Position numbers and translations under genes: made by a program. Of a DNA stretch of 64,000 nucleotides, positions 63,530 through 64,000 are shown piece by piece. Below the pieces are notes generated by a model. The model saw only the letters and a list, made by a program, of their open reading frames with translations, did not search any database and was not told where the DNA came from. Each line of letters opens with the position of its first letter. Positions within the stretch are counted from its first letter, which is position 1. This stretch comes from Planctomycetota bacterium (GTDB taxonomy: Bacteria > Planctomycetota > UBA1135 > UBA2386), in assembly GCA_046290465.1 (NCBI GenBank), contig JBKAGP010000001.1, forward strand, positions 2,496,001 through 2,560,000, read 5' to 3'.

Positions 63530-64000
63530 CGTGCCTCCTCCTCACGCAGGCGGTCGTGCAGCCACGCGCGCGCGAACTGCCAGTGGCGTTTGACGGTCGG
63601 CGCCGAACAGCCGAGCGCCAGCGCCGTCTCGTCGATCGTCAGGCCGGCGAAGAAGCGCAACTCGACCACCTGCGCGCAGGCCTCGGAGACCCGTTCGAGC
63701 CCGGCGAGCGCCTCGTGCAGGTTGAGCACCGCCGCACCCTGGGCCCACCGCTCGTCCGCCGGCTCGCAGCCGGACAGGGTTACGCGCAGGCGATCGCCGC
63801 CGCGCCGGTCCGCCTGCCGCGCGCGCGCGTGGTCGACCAGCACCCGCCGCATCGCGCGCGCCGCGGCGCCGAAGAAGTGCGCGCGACGTTCGAACGCGAC
63901 CGGCGCGTCGGGGTCGGTGCCGGCCAGCGACAGCCAGGCGTCGTGCACCAGCATCGTCGCCTGCACCAGGGACGCCGCGTCCTCGCGCCGCAGCAGCCGC
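63526..64000 (-). CDS. ECF sigma factor of the kinase-associated type; 5' end outside the window
   Basis: QATMLVHDAW, HFFGAAARAMRRVLVDHAR...RRGG, VVELRFFAGLT..E.A, VKRHW.FARAWL; ATGA-coupled to the kinase. Confidence 0.9.
   Translation of the reverse strand, partial: RLLRREDAASLVQATMLVHDAWLSLAGTDPDAPVAFERRAHFFGAAARAMRRVLVDHARARQADRRGGDRLRVTLSGCEPADERWAQGAAVLNLHEALAGLERVSEACAQVVELRFFAGLTIDETALALGCSAPTVKRHWQFARAWLHDRLREEEAR

Overview
Very GC-rich bacterial chromosome segment with about 54 protein-coding genes and one tRNA-Leu(GAG). The ECF-sigma/Ser-Thr-kinase pair, the form of RpoZ and the large secreted Gly-rich proteins suggest Planctomycetota (inference). Much is housekeeping: mrp/apbC, thioredoxin, lipB, xseAB, aspartate aminotransferase, hppA, rsfS, rpoZ, maf, typA, rnc, ABC exporters, cytochrome c peroxidase and three GT4 glycosyltransferases. 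I saw no transposase, integrase, CRISPR array or prophage. Best candidates for new biology: (1) a translationally coupled operon of prepilin-like protein, HAMP membrane protein and HAMP histidine kinase, with no response regulator (15541-18729); (2) an 87-bp CTAG-bounded structured repeat in two full copies and one short copy, each sitting on a TAG stop codon, where the degenerate copy leaves a site-2 protease without its expected stop; (3) a candidate + strand sRNA with a -10-like box, a UCUCCC-loop hairpin and a GNRA terminator (28966-29069); (4) two unusual nuclease fusions (HARP-like domain on XseA; YhaM-like OB fold on a DEDDy exonuclease next to a SAMHD1-like HD protein); (5) a 1165-aa giant pilin-like protein containing a codon-atypical patch; (6) a small protein with three LL(P/S)SSK motifs coupled to a fatty-acid hydroxylase/desaturase. 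All family assignments come from motif recognition by eye; no searches were run. Start codons are my best picks.
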